Below are positions 29,975 to 39,110 of a stretch of DNA of 64,000 nucleotides, piece by piece. Each line of letters starts with the position of its first letter. Positions within the stretch are counted from its first letter, which is position 1. The position numbers were made by a program, and so were the translations under genes. This DNA comes from Candidatus Eiseniibacteriota bacterium (GTDB lineage: Bacteria > Eisenbacteria > RBG-16-71-46): NCBI GenBank assembly GCA_963725865.1, contig CAVSAC010000012.1, positions 736,001-800,000 of the forward strand, written 5' to 3'. The notes beneath the pieces were generated by a model that saw nothing but the letters and a program-made list of their open reading frames with translations, was not told the origin of the DNA and did no database searches.

Positions 29975-31539
29975 TCCTGACCCTCAACGGACCCGTGACC
30001 CGGATCGAGCGCTACGGGCTCGCCGTGGCGCTCGCGCTCGCGGCCCTGCTGATGTGGCCGCTGCGCGCCTACGTCACCGACGACACGTTCATCCACCTGC
30101 AGTACGCCAAGCACCTCGCCCAGGGACAGGGCCTGGTGTTCAACGTGGGCGAGCGCGTGTACGGGTGCACCAGTCCGCTGTGGGTCACGCTCATCGCCGA
30201 CGGCATCGCGCTGCACCTCGACGGGCTGCTGGTCGCGAAGGCGATCGGCTTCCTCTCGACGCTCGCCTCGATCTTCCTGTTCCTGCAGCTCACCCGGCGC
30301 ACGCTGCGCGTGCCGCTGATGCGCGCCGCCGCGACGGTCGCGTGGGCGGGCCACGCGTGGATGCTGCGCTGGTCGCTGTCGGGGATGGAGACTCCGCTGG
30401 CCGTCGCGCTGGTGCTCGCGGGCTTCGTGGCGTTCACGGAAGGCACCCAGTGGGGCTCACGACCGGTGCGCACGGGGGCACTCTGGGCGCTGGCGGCGCT
30501 CACGCGTCCCGAGGCCGTGTTCCTGCTGTTCCTGTGGGGCGTGTTCCTGATCATCGACACCGACAGCCGCCCCGGCCTGCGACGGCTGCTGTTCGGCGCG
30601 CTGCCGCCGGTGGTGATCTACGGCGGCTGGCTGCTGTTCGCGCGCACGTTCTTCGGCACCTTCTGGCCGCAGACGCTGTCGGCCAAGTCGGCCGGTGCGG
30701 GCGACCTCGCGGTCCAGGTCGAGAACCTGTGGCGGCAGATCCAGATCATGGGCGCGACCGACGGCGTCATGGCCGCCCTGCTGGTCGCCTCGCTGGTGTT
30801 CGGGATGCGACGCCTGTGGCCGGCGCGGCTGCTCGCGCAGCGATTGCTGCCGTGGGTCTGGGTGTTCGCGGTGCCGGCGCTCTATCTCGCGCGCGGCGTG
30901 CCCGTGCTGTCGCGTTACCTGCTGCCGCTGATGCCGGTGCTCGCGTGGCTCGCCTGGCGCACCGCCGAGTTGTGGTGGGTGGGCGAGGCGCCCGACGCGG
31001 GACGCGTGCGACGCGCCGCGCGCTACGCGATCGTGGTGGCGCTGCTGTCGCTCGGCCTCAACTTGACGGTCTACCGCCTCAAGGTCGTGCCGCACGTGCT
31101 CGAGATGACGCAGACCATGCAGACCTCGCTGCTGCGCTGGGGCGCGTGGCTGCGCGCGAACACCCCGAAGGACGCGCTGGTGGCGGTCCCCGACATCGGA
31201 GCGATCGGCTACATGAGCGACCGCCGCGTGCTCGACACCGCCGGGCTCGTGACGCCACGGATGGTGCCGTTGCTCGAGCGCGTGCCGCCGAACGGCGTCG
31301 ACGCCCGTGACGACGCGGTCGCGAAACTCGCGTTCGCGTCGTTCGCGCGACCCGGCTGGCTGCTCGAACGCGGTCCCTCGGCGGGAGAGTTGCTCAGCCG
31401 CAGCCCGTACGCCGCGGCGCTGGTGCCGCTGGGCTCCACGGAGGCCCCTACGCTCGGCATCGCGCGCCCCGGCTACACCGTGTACACGCTCTACCGGGTG
31501 AGGTGGGAGGCCTACGACTCGCTGCGCGCCCTGCGCTGA
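29971..31539 (+). CDS. Multi-TM GT-C-type glycosyltransferase-like protein
   Basis: TDDTFIHLQYAKHLAQGQGLVFN.GERVYGCTSPLW, SGMETPL, LTRPEA, DIGAIGY..VLDTAGL. Confidence 0.75.
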   Translation: MILTLNGPVTRIERYGLAVALALAALLMWPLRAYVTDDTFIHLQYAKHLAQGQGLVFNVGERVYGCTSPLWVTLIADGIALHLDGLLVAKAIGFLSTLASIFLFLQLTRRTLRVPLMRAAATVAWAGHAWMLRWSLSGMETPLAVALVLAGFVAFTEGTQWGSRPVRTGALWALAALTRPEAVFLLFLWGVFLIIDTDSRPGLRRLLFGALPPVVIYGGWLLFARTFFGTFWPQTLSAKSAGAGDLAVQVENLWRQIQIMGATDGVMAALLVASLVFGMRRLWPARLLAQRLLPWVWVFAVPALYLARGVPVLSRYLLPLMPVLAWLAWRTAELWWVGEAPDAGRVRRAARYAIVVALLSLGLNLTVYRLKVVPHVLEMTQTMQTSLLRWGAWLRANTPKDALVAVPDIGAIGYMSDRRVLDTAGLVTPRMVPLLERVPPNGVDARDDAVAKLAFASFARPGWLLERGPSAGELLSRSPYAAALVPLGSTEAPTLGIARPGYTVYTLYRVRWEAYDSLRALR

Positions 31540-31559
31540 GTCGACTGCACTTCTGTGCA

Positions 31560-31605
31560 GCCTGGGCGGGACGATCGTCGTCCCGCCCAGGCCGCGTTTT
31601 GCTTT
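31560..31605 (+). terminator. Rho-independent terminator of the glycosylation locus
   Basis: Perfect 15-bp stem GCCTGGGCGGGACGA/TCGTCCCGCCCAGGC (31560-31592) followed by CGCGTTTTGCTTT. Confidence 0.8.
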
Positions 31606-31632
31606 GACTTGCAGGAACTCGGGGACTATGTT
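31604..31632 (+). promoter_or_regulatory. sigma70-type promoter of the dcw cluster
   Basis: TTGACT (31604-31609), 17-nt spacer, TATGTT (31627-31632). Confidence 0.8.
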
Positions 31633-31642
31633 GCCGCGCGTG

Positions 31643-31679
31643 GTGGGGAATTGTGGGGAGCAGTGGTGAATCGTGGCGA
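31643..31679 (+). promoter_or_regulatory. MraZ operator (4 direct repeats)
   Basis: GTGGNGA at 31643, 31653, 31663, 31673 (exact 10-bp period) between the promoter and mraZ. Confidence 0.85.
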
Positions 31680-31709
31680 TCCGATCTGGCCCTCGACGGC
31701 GGCAGGCGA

Positions 31710-32162
31710 ATGAGTCCCTTCTTCGGCAGCGAGACCTACACCATCGATCACAAGGGGCGTGTCAGCGTCCCGGTGAAACTGCGCCGCGCCGGTGGCCGCC
31801 GCTCGATGGAGGTCGTCCTGACCCGCGGCTTCGAGGGCTGCGTCGTGATGTACACGCTCGAACAGTGGGCGACCTTCGAGGCCATGCTCAATCGCATCCC
31901 GTACGGCGACGTCGCGGGTCGCGCGTTCGCGCGCACGTTCTTCGACGCCACGGTCGGTCCGCTCACGCTCGATGCGCAGGGACGCATCACCCTTCCGCCG
32001 CACCTCCTGTCGCTCGCCGGCCTGTCGAAGGAAGCCAAGTTCCTGCCGCTGGGCGATCGCATCGAGATCTGGGATCCCACGCGCTACGCGGAGCGTCAGC
32101 GCGGCGACGAGGTCGACCTGGTCAAGGGCGCGCAGCGCTATTTCGGAGGACCGCAATCGTGA
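31710..32162 (+). CDS. mraZ: Transcriptional regulator MraZ
   Basis: TIDHKGRVSVP and LDAQGRITLP repeats, GDRIEIWD. Confidence 0.95.
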   Translation: MSPFFGSETYTIDHKGRVSVPVKLRRAGGRRSMEVVLTRGFEGCVVMYTLEQWATFEAMLNRIPYGDVAGRAFARTFFDATVGPLTLDAQGRITLPPHLLSLAGLSKEAKFLPLGDRIEIWDPTRYAERQRGDEVDLVKGAQRYFGGPQS

Positions 32163-32614
32163 TCGCGCGGCCGCCGCTCACTCCCGGGCATCACTCGCTG
32201 GCCGTGAACCTCCACCTGCGCCATGGCCACCCCGGCGCTCACGCGCGCGTCGAGCTCCACGAACGCATCTCCGGACGCGTGGCGCTCGTGCAGCTCATCG
32301 GCGCGCTCGACGTCGCAGCGGTGGAGCGGCTCACGCGGGCGCTCGACGATCTGGCGTTGCGCGGCGTCGAGCAGCTGCTGGTCGATTGCGCGAGCCTCAA
32401 TCACATCGACTACCGGGCGGTGCCCGGGCTCGCGCTGGCACTGTCACGATACGAGTGCCGCGCCGGCGGCGTGGTGGTGTGCGGACTGTCGCACTACCTG
32501 CGGGATCTCTTCCGTCTCGCCGGCTGCGAGTCGGGCCTGCGCTGCTGGCCCTCGGCCGCCGAGCTGCTGGACGAACCGGTGGCCGTCGAGGCCACGCGTG
32601 AGCGCGCGTCATGA
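32159..32614 (+). CDS. STAS-domain (anti-anti-sigma-like) protein lacking the phospho-acceptor Ser
   Basis: LIGALDVAAV..LLVDCASLNHIDYRAV..GGVVVCGLSHYLRDLFRLAG; SD GGAGG; overlaps mraZ stop and rsmH start. Confidence 0.8.
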   Translation: MIARPPLTPGHHSLAVNLHLRHGHPGAHARVELHERISGRVALVQLIGALDVAAVERLTRALDDLALRGVEQLLVDCASLNHIDYRAVPGLALALSRYECRAGGVVVCGLSHYLRDLFRLAGCESGLRCWPSAAELLDEPVAVEATRERAS

Positions 32615-33530
32615 GCCGGTCCTGCTCGAGGAGACCCTGCGCTTCCTCGCCCGCGGGTCGGGCCTCTACCTCGATGCCACGCTCGGCGACGGCGGGCACG
32701 CCGCGGCGCTGCTGGACCGCGAGCCCGGCGCGCGCCTGCTCGGCTGCGACCGCGATCCGGTCTCGCTCGAGTTCGCGCGCGAGCGGCTCGCACCGTTCGG
32801 AGGCCGCGTGATCCTCGCACACGCCACGTTCCGCGAGGTGCCCGCGGTGCACCGCGAGCAATGCGGCGGCGAGCCCCTCGCGGGCGCGCTGCTCGACCTC
32901 GGATTGTCCTCGCGCCAGATCGACGATCCGGCGCGTGGCATCAGCTTCGGAAAGGACGGGCCGCTGGACCTGCGCATGGACGCGACCAGGGGTGAGCCCG
33001 TTACGCGCCACCTTGCCCGCACGGATGCGGGTGAGGTGGCGGCGGTCCTTCGCGAGCACGGCGACCTGCCGCAGGCGGGACGTCTCGCTCGCGCGCTGGT
33101 GGAGTCGGCGCAGGCCGGCACGCTCGAGACGACGCGCGCCCTGGTGGCGTGCATCGACCGCGCGTTCGGCGGGCGCCAGCATCCACGACGCTACGCACAG
33201 GTGTTCCAGGCATTGCGCATCTGGGTCAACGGCGAGGCCGAGGACCTGGATGCGATGTTGAAGTGGCTGCCGGACGCGATGCGTCCGGGCGGCGTGGTCG
33301 TGACCCTCGCCTATCACTCGGGCGAGGATCGCCGGATCAAGCGGGCGGTGCGCGGGACGCCACGGACGGCACCCGCGCGTCGCTCGCCGGCATCGCTGGA
33401 GGCGCGGTCCCCCGAGGGGCCGTGGGAAGAGGTCGTGCGTCGCGTCGTCACGCCGACGCCCGAAGAGGAGGGCCGCAACCCCCGCGCGCGGAGCGCGCGG
33501 CTGCGTGCTTTCCGGAGGACATCCGCATGA
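32598..33530 (+). CDS. rsmH: 16S rRNA m4C1402 methyltransferase
   Basis: HEPVLL, DATLGDGGH, DLGLSS.QID, GPLDLRMD, FQALRI.VN, YHSGEDR, NPRARSARLR. Confidence 0.95.
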   Translation: MSARHEPVLLEETLRFLARGSGLYLDATLGDGGHAAALLDREPGARLLGCDRDPVSLEFARERLAPFGGRVILAHATFREVPAVHREQCGGEPLAGALLDLGLSSRQIDDPARGISFGKDGPLDLRMDATRGEPVTRHLARTDAGEVAAVLREHGDLPQAGRLARALVESAQAGTLETTRALVACIDRAFGGRQHPRRYAQVFQALRIWVNGEAEDLDAMLKWLPDAMRPGGVVVTLAYHSGEDRRIKRAVRGTPRTAPARRSPASLEARSPEGPWEEVVRRVVTPTPEEEGRNPRARSARLRAFRRTSA

Positions 33531-33967
33531 ACGGTGGTCCCCGTCGTTCGCGCCCCTCCTGGCGTGTCCCCGAAGGGCGCGCCATCCGGCCGGAGCTGTG
33601 GCTCGTCGCCGCCGCCACGGTCGGGATGCTGCTGGTCGAGGTGTGGCTGAGCTCGCGTGTCGCGGAGCTCTCGCTGGACCTGGATCGGAACCGTACGGCA
33701 CTGGTGGCCGCGCAGGCACGACTGGAGTTCGTGAACGCGCAGCTCGAGCGCCAGACCACCCGTGCGACGCTCGCCCCGCTCGCGGCCGAGCTGGGGCTGT
33801 CGCCGGCCGACGCCCGACAGGTGGTGGTGCTGCCCGCCGCGTATCTCGCGGCCGCGCGGCCCTCCACTCGAAGCGGAGACGCTTCGTCGATCGTGGCGTG
33901 GGCGGAAAGGGCCTCTCGCGTGCTCGTGCCGGATGCCATGGCGCGGAGCCGCGGCTGGAAGGACTGA
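33527..33967 (+). CDS. ftsL: FtsL-like bitopic coiled-coil division protein
   Basis: One TM followed by a coiled coil ending in LAAELGL; canonical position between rsmH and ftsI. Confidence 0.7.
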   Translation: MNGGPRRSRPSWRVPEGRAIRPELWLVAAATVGMLLVEVWLSSRVAELSLDLDRNRTALVAAQARLEFVNAQLERQTTRATLAPLAAELGLSPADARQVVVLPAAYLAAARPSTRSGDASSIVAWAERASRVLVPDAMARSRGWKD

Positions 33968-34078
33968 AAGGGAATAGGACGCGTGTCGCGTCCGGTCCGA
34001 GGGGCCGGTCGCACCACCGCACCGCGCAAGTGACGGCCCGGCGGTCTGCGTGAACCGCCGTTCCAGGGAGGGAAGCAG

Positions 34079-36220
34079 TTGGCCCACACGGAAATGCGCA
34101 GGAGTCGGGTGCTGGTGGCTGCGGCCGGCCTGTTCTTCGGCCTGCTGGTGCTCTGGGCGCGCGTGGCGTGGCTCCAGATCGCCATGCACGGCGTCTACGA
34201 AGCACGCGCCGAGCGCAACCAGGAGCAGCGCGTGCTCGTGCGCCCGATGCGCGGCAACCTGCTCGACCGCCAGGGGCGCCCGCTCGCGCGCGACCTGCTG
34301 ACCTACTCGGTCGCCGTGGTGCCGCGCGAGATGAAGGATCCGGCGGGCGCCGCGCGCTCGCTCGCCAAGGTCCTCGACCTCGACGCGAAGAAGCTCCGCC
34401 GCGAGTTCCAGGCGCGCCCGCGCTACCTGGTCGTGGCGCGGCGCGTGGCGCCCGACGCGGGCCAGGCGATCGCGGGCTGGAAGCTGCGCGGGGTGTACCT
34501 CTCGGTCGAGACCCAGCGCGAATACCTGCTCGGCAGCGCGGCGCAGGAGATCCTCGGGCGCACCGACGTCGACGACATCGGGGTCGAGGGTCTCGAGCTG
34601 CAGTACGACGAGGTGCTGCGCGGGCGCCCCGGCTGGACGACCCTGTTCCGCGACGGCCGCGGCGGCACGCACGCGCTGGCGCGCGGCCTGCGCCGCAGTC
34701 CGACCGACGGCCAGCACGTCGTGCTCACGCTCGACGCCGATCTGCAGGGCATCCTGGAATCGCACCTGCTCCGCGCGTGCGACACGCTGCAGGCGGTGCG
34801 TGCGTTCGGGCTCTTCCTCGATCCGCGCACGGGCGAGATCCTCGCCGCCGCGAACGTGCCGCACCTGCCCGCGGGGCAATCGCGCAACTGGAACTTCACC
34901 GACCAGTTCGAGCCCGGCTCGACCTACAAGATGGTGGTCGCCGGCGCCGCCCTCGAGGAGGGCGTGGTCAAGCCCACCGACGTGCTCGAGGCCGCGGCCG
35001 ACGGCGTCGCGCTGGTGGCGCCCGGCTGCGTGCTGCACGACTCGCACAAGGCCGCGCTGTTCACGTTCTTCGACGCCGTGCGCTGGTCGAGCAACATCTG
35101 CATGGCACGACTCGCGATCAAGCTGGGGGGCGAGCGCTACTACCGCTACGCGACCGCGCTCGGCTTCGGCAGCCTCACCGGGGTCGAGTTTCCCGGCGAG
35201 ACCGGGGGCAAGCTGCGCAGCCCCGACCACTGGTCGGGGCGCTCGCTGCCCACGCTCGCGATCGGGCACGAGGTCACCGTGACACCGCTCCAGCTCGCGC
35301 TCGCCTACGCCGCCGTCGCCAACGGCGGCGTCCTCATGCAGCCCATGCTGGTCCGCGAGGTGCGCGACGACGACGGCCGCGTGACGCGCCGCTTCGAGCC
35401 GCGCGCGCAACGCCGCGTGTTCAGCGAGGCCACGACGTCGACGCTGCGCACGCTGCTCGCGGCCGTCGTGGACAGCGGGACGGCGCGGCCCGCGCGGGTA
35501 CCGGGACTCCACATCGGGGGCAAGACGGGAACCGCGCAGAAGTACGACCCTCGCACCCACACCTACGGCGCGCACATGTTCGTCTCCTCGTTCGTCGGCT
35601 TCACGCCCGCCGAGGCCCCCACGCTGGTGGGAGTGGTGGTGATCGACGAGCCGCGCGGGCCCAGGCACTTCGGCGGCGAGGTGGCGGGGCCGGTGTTCCG
35701 CGAGGTGATGATGGACCTGCGCCGCCTGCCGGATGGTCCGCTCGACCTGGCCTCGACCGCCGTCGCCGCGCGACCGCCGGCGCCCGCGCCGGTCGTGGTG
35801 CCGGATCTGCGCCTGCTGCTCGCGCGCGCCGCCGAGGAGCGCCTGGGCGACCGCGGATTGCGCGCGCACTTCGAGGGCGCGGGCGCGCGCGCGCTCGCGC
35901 AGTGGCCGGCGGCCGGGCAGGCGATCGAGCGCGGCGGCAGCGTGACGGTGTGGCTGTCGGCGCCGCCGGACTCCACCGCCGGCCGCATGCCGGAGCTCGC
36001 CGGACTCTCGGTGCGCGCGGCGCTGCGGCGCCTCGCGATGCTGGGTGCGCGGGTGACCATCGAGGGCGCGGGACTGGTGGTGCGCCAGTCGCCGGAGCCG
36101 GGCGCGCCGCTGGCTCCGGGCGCCACCTGCCGGCTGTGGTGCGAGCCCGGACCGACGATGACGATGGCGCGACCGTTCTCGGCGGCGGTCGCCGTCGCGG
36201 GAGGGCCAGGGACGCCGTGA
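34079..36220 (+). CDS. ftsI: Class B PBP (FtsI/PBP3) with two C-terminal PASTA-like domains
   Basis: RGNLLDRQG, FEPGSTYK (SxxK), SSN, GKTGTAQK; VPDLR and MPELAGLS repeats; TTG start. Confidence 0.93.
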   Translation: MAHTEMRRSRVLVAAAGLFFGLLVLWARVAWLQIAMHGVYEARAERNQEQRVLVRPMRGNLLDRQGRPLARDLLTYSVAVVPREMKDPAGAARSLAKVLDLDAKKLRREFQARPRYLVVARRVAPDAGQAIAGWKLRGVYLSVETQREYLLGSAAQEILGRTDVDDIGVEGLELQYDEVLRGRPGWTTLFRDGRGGTHALARGLRRSPTDGQHVVLTLDADLQGILESHLLRACDTLQAVRAFGLFLDPRTGEILAAANVPHLPAGQSRNWNFTDQFEPGSTYKMVVAGAALEEGVVKPTDVLEAAADGVALVAPGCVLHDSHKAALFTFFDAVRWSSNICMARLAIKLGGERYYRYATALGFGSLTGVEFPGETGGKLRSPDHWSGRSLPTLAIGHEVTVTPLQLALAYAAVANGGVLMQPMLVREVRDDDGRVTRRFEPRAQRRVFSEATTSTLRTLLAAVVDSGTARPARVPGLHIGGKTGTAQKYDPRTHTYGAHMFVSSFVGFTPAEAPTLVGVVVIDEPRGPRHFGGEVAGPVFREVMMDLRRLPDGPLDLASTAVAARPPAPAPVVVPDLRLLLARAAEERLGDRGLRAHFEGAGARALAQWPAAGQAIERGGSVTVWLSAPPDSTAGRMPELAGLSVRAALRRLAMLGARVTIEGAGLVVRQSPEPGAPLAPGATCRLWCEPGPTMTMARPFSAAVAVAGGPGTP

Positions 36221-37695
36221 CCCTGCGCGAGGTGCTCGAGGACGTGGACGTGGCGGCGCCGGCGGCGCGCCCCGAGGTCGAGGTGACCGGGCTGTGCCTC
36301 GACTCGCGCCGGGTGCGGCCCGGCGACCTGTTCTTCGGCCTCGCGGGGCTCAAGGCCGACGGAGGCGCGTTTGCGCGCGCGGCCCTCGGCGCCGGTGCGG
36401 CCGCGGTGGTGGTGGGCTCCGAGGTCGCGCTCGCGGGCGAGACCGTGGTGCGCGTGCACGAGCCGCGCAAGGCGCTCGCTCAGGCGGCGTGCCGGTTCCA
36501 CGGTTACCCATCGCGCACGCTGCGCGTGTTCGCGGTGACGGGGACCAACGGCAAGACCACGACGACGTACCTGCTGCATGCGGTGCTCGAGGCCGCAGGC
36601 CTCGCGGCCGGGCTGCTCGGCACCACCGGGGCACGGCTCGGGGGCGAGGTCCGCGCCTCGGCGTTCACCACGCCCGAGGCGCCCGAGCTGCAGGAACTGC
36701 TGCGCGAGATGGTCGAGCGCGGGCTCGCCGCGGTGGCGCTCGAGGTGAGCAGCCACGCGCTGGTGCAGCGGCGCGCGTTTGGGCTCGAGTGCGACGTGGT
36801 GGCGTTCACCAACCTCAGCCACGACCACCTCGACTTCCACGGCACCCTCGAGGCCTATCTCGACGCCAAGCTGATGCTGTTCGACGGCCGCAACGGCGGG
36901 CGCGGCGCCAAGCGCGCGACCGCGGTCGTGAACGCGGACGATCCGGCCGCCTCCCGGGTGCGCGAGGCCGCGCACGCGGGTGGACTGGCGCTGCGCACCT
37001 ACGGCGCGTCGCACGACGCCGACGTGCGGATCCGCGCTGTGGCCGCGCGCGCCGGCGGACTCGACGTGACGCTGCTGGAGGCCGGCGAGCCGGTGCAGCT
37101 CGCGCTCCCGCTGCTCGGGCGCTACAACGCCTGGAACGCCGCGTGCGCCTACACCGCGGCGCGTGTGCTGGGCATCGACGGGGCGATCGCGGCGCGTGCC
37201 CTGGACGCCGCCCCCGGCGTGCCGGGACGGCTCGAGCGCGTGGTGGCCGGACAGCCCTTCGAGGTCGTGGTGGACTACGCGCACACCCCGGACGCGCTGG
37301 CGCGCGCGCTCGCCGCGGCGCGCGAGCACGCGCGCGGCCGCGTGATCGTGGTGTTCGGCTGCGGGGGCGACCGCGACCGCGCCAAGCGCCCCGTGATGGG
37401 TGGCATCGCCGCGGCGGACGCCGATCTCGCGATCGTCACCAGCGACAACCCGCGCAGCGAGGACCCGGCGGCGATCGTCGAGGAGATCGTGCAGGGGGCC
37501 CCGGCGGGCCGGCTGCGCGTGGAGCTGGACCGGCGCGCCGCCATCCAGGCGGCGCTGGCAGCGGCGCAGGCGGGTGATATCGTCGTCCTCGCGGGCAAGG
37601 GCCACGAGACCACGCAGACGATCGGGTCCGCGGTGCTGCCGTTCGACGACCGGGCGGTGGCGCGCGAGATGCTGGCCGCGGGAGAAGCGCCATGA
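36217..37695 (+). CDS. murE: UDP-MurNAc-tripeptide (meso-DAP) ligase
   Basis: TGTNGKTT, TTPE, EVSSH, DHLDFH, DYAHTPD, SDNPR (DAP-specific). Confidence 0.96.
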   Translation: MTLREVLEDVDVAAPAARPEVEVTGLCLDSRRVRPGDLFFGLAGLKADGGAFARAALGAGAAAVVVGSEVALAGETVVRVHEPRKALAQAACRFHGYPSRTLRVFAVTGTNGKTTTTYLLHAVLEAAGLAAGLLGTTGARLGGEVRASAFTTPEAPELQELLREMVERGLAAVALEVSSHALVQRRAFGLECDVVAFTNLSHDHLDFHGTLEAYLDAKLMLFDGRNGGRGAKRATAVVNADDPAASRVREAAHAGGLALRTYGASHDADVRIRAVAARAGGLDVTLLEAGEPVQLALPLLGRYNAWNAACAYTAARVLGIDGAIAARALDAAPGVPGRLERVVAGQPFEVVVDYAHTPDALARALAAAREHARGRVIVVFGCGGDRDRAKRPVMGGIAAADADLAIVTSDNPRSEDPAAIVEEIVQGAPAGRLRVELDRRAAIQAALAAAQAGDIVVLAGKGHETTQTIGSAVLPFDDRAVAREMLAAGEAP

Positions 37696-39107
37696 GCGCG
37701 TTCGCGACCACGCCGACCATCGGTCTGGTGCAGCTCGCCCGCTGGAGCCGCGGCGACCTGGTGGTGCGCGAGGTGCCCGGCGATCCGCTCGCCCGCGAGG
37801 CGCTGCTGCGCGCGGGCATCGACGGCGCCTCGATCGACACCCGCACGCTCGCGCCCGGGCAGCTGTTCGTGCCGCTGTCGGGCAGCCGCGTCGATGGCCA
37901 CGCCTTCCTCGGCGAGGCGTTCGCGCGCGGCGCCGCGGTCGCGCTGTGCGCGCGATCGCACCACGCCAGCATCGCCGGCCGCGAGCCGGGACCTCTGGTG
38001 GTGGTGGACGACGTGACCGAGGCCCTGCAGCGCATCGCGCGCGGCCATCGCGAGACGTGGACCGGCACGCTGATCGGCGTCACCGGCAGCGTCGGCAAGA
38101 CCACGACCAAGGAGCTGGTGGCGGCGGCGCTCGCGAGCGCCGTGCCGACGCTGAAGACCGAGGGGAACCTGAACAACCACTGGGGCGTGCCGCTCACGCT
38201 GCTGCGGCTGGGTCCCGCGCACCGTGCCGCGGTCGTGGAGATGGCGATGAACCACCCCGGCGAGATCGCGGCACTCGCGGCCCTCGCGCAGCCGGGCGTG
38301 GCGGTGCTCACGTTCGCCGGCAGCGCGCACCTCGAGCACCTGGGCTCGCTCGAGGCGATCGCCGCCGAGAAGGCCTCGCTCGCCCGCTCGCTCGACGCGC
38401 GCGGGGTGGCGTTCGTCAACGCCGATTCGCCGCGGTTGGTCGCCGCGGTGCAGGGCGTCCGCGCCCGCCTCGTGACGTACGGACTGGCGGCGGGCGCCGA
38501 CGTGCGCCCGCGCCGCGTCGAGTCGCTCGGCGAGCGCGGCAGCCGCGTCGAGGTCGACGGCTTCCCGGCGTTCACGCTCGGCCTCCCCGGACGCCACCAG
38601 GTGGCGAACGTGCTCGCGGCGCTGGCGGTCGCGCGCGAGCTGCGCCTCGCGCCGGAGGCGGTGACGCGCGCGCTGGAGGCGTGCCGCCCCACGCGCGGGC
38701 GGATGGAGATCCGCCATCTGCGCGGCGCCACGCTGCTGGTCGACTGCTACAACGCCAATCCCGAGTCGATGCGCGCGGCGCTGGAGACGCTGGCCGGCTG
38801 GCCGGCGGCGAACCGGCGGATCGCCGTGCTGGGGGACATGCTCGAGCTGGGCGAGGATGCGCCCCGCCTGCATCGCGAGACCGCGACGGTCGCGCGCGAG
38901 ACCGAGGTGTGGGCCACCGGGCGGTATGCGTCGGAGCTGATCGCGGGCGCCCGGGCCGCGGGGGCGCCGGCGCGCGAGTTCGATGGGATCGCGCCGCTGC
39001 GCGAGTCCCTCCGCGCCGCGCTGGCGGACGGCGTGGTGGTGCTGATCAAGGCTTCCCGCGGCGCCGCGCTCGAGCGCGTGATCGACGGCCTCGAAGGCGA
39101 GGGCTGA
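37692..39107 (+). CDS. murF: UDP-MurNAc-pentapeptide synthetase
   Basis: TGSVGKTTTKE, GNLNNHWGVP, DCYNANPES, LGDMLELG, KASRG. Confidence 0.96.
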   Translation: MSAFATTPTIGLVQLARWSRGDLVVREVPGDPLAREALLRAGIDGASIDTRTLAPGQLFVPLSGSRVDGHAFLGEAFARGAAVALCARSHHASIAGREPGPLVVVDDVTEALQRIARGHRETWTGTLIGVTGSVGKTTTKELVAAALASAVPTLKTEGNLNNHWGVPLTLLRLGPAHRAAVVEMAMNHPGEIAALAALAQPGVAVLTFAGSAHLEHLGSLEAIAAEKASLARSLDARGVAFVNADSPRLVAAVQGVRARLVTYGLAAGADVRPRRVESLGERGSRVEVDGFPAFTLGLPGRHQVANVLAALAVARELRLAPEAVTRALEACRPTRGRMEIRHLRGATLLVDCYNANPESMRAALETLAGWPAANRRIAVLGDMLELGEDAPRLHRETATVARETEVWATGRYASELIAGARAAGAPAREFDGIAPLRESLRAALADGVVVLIKASRGAALERVIDGLEGEG

Positions 39108-39110
39108 CCC

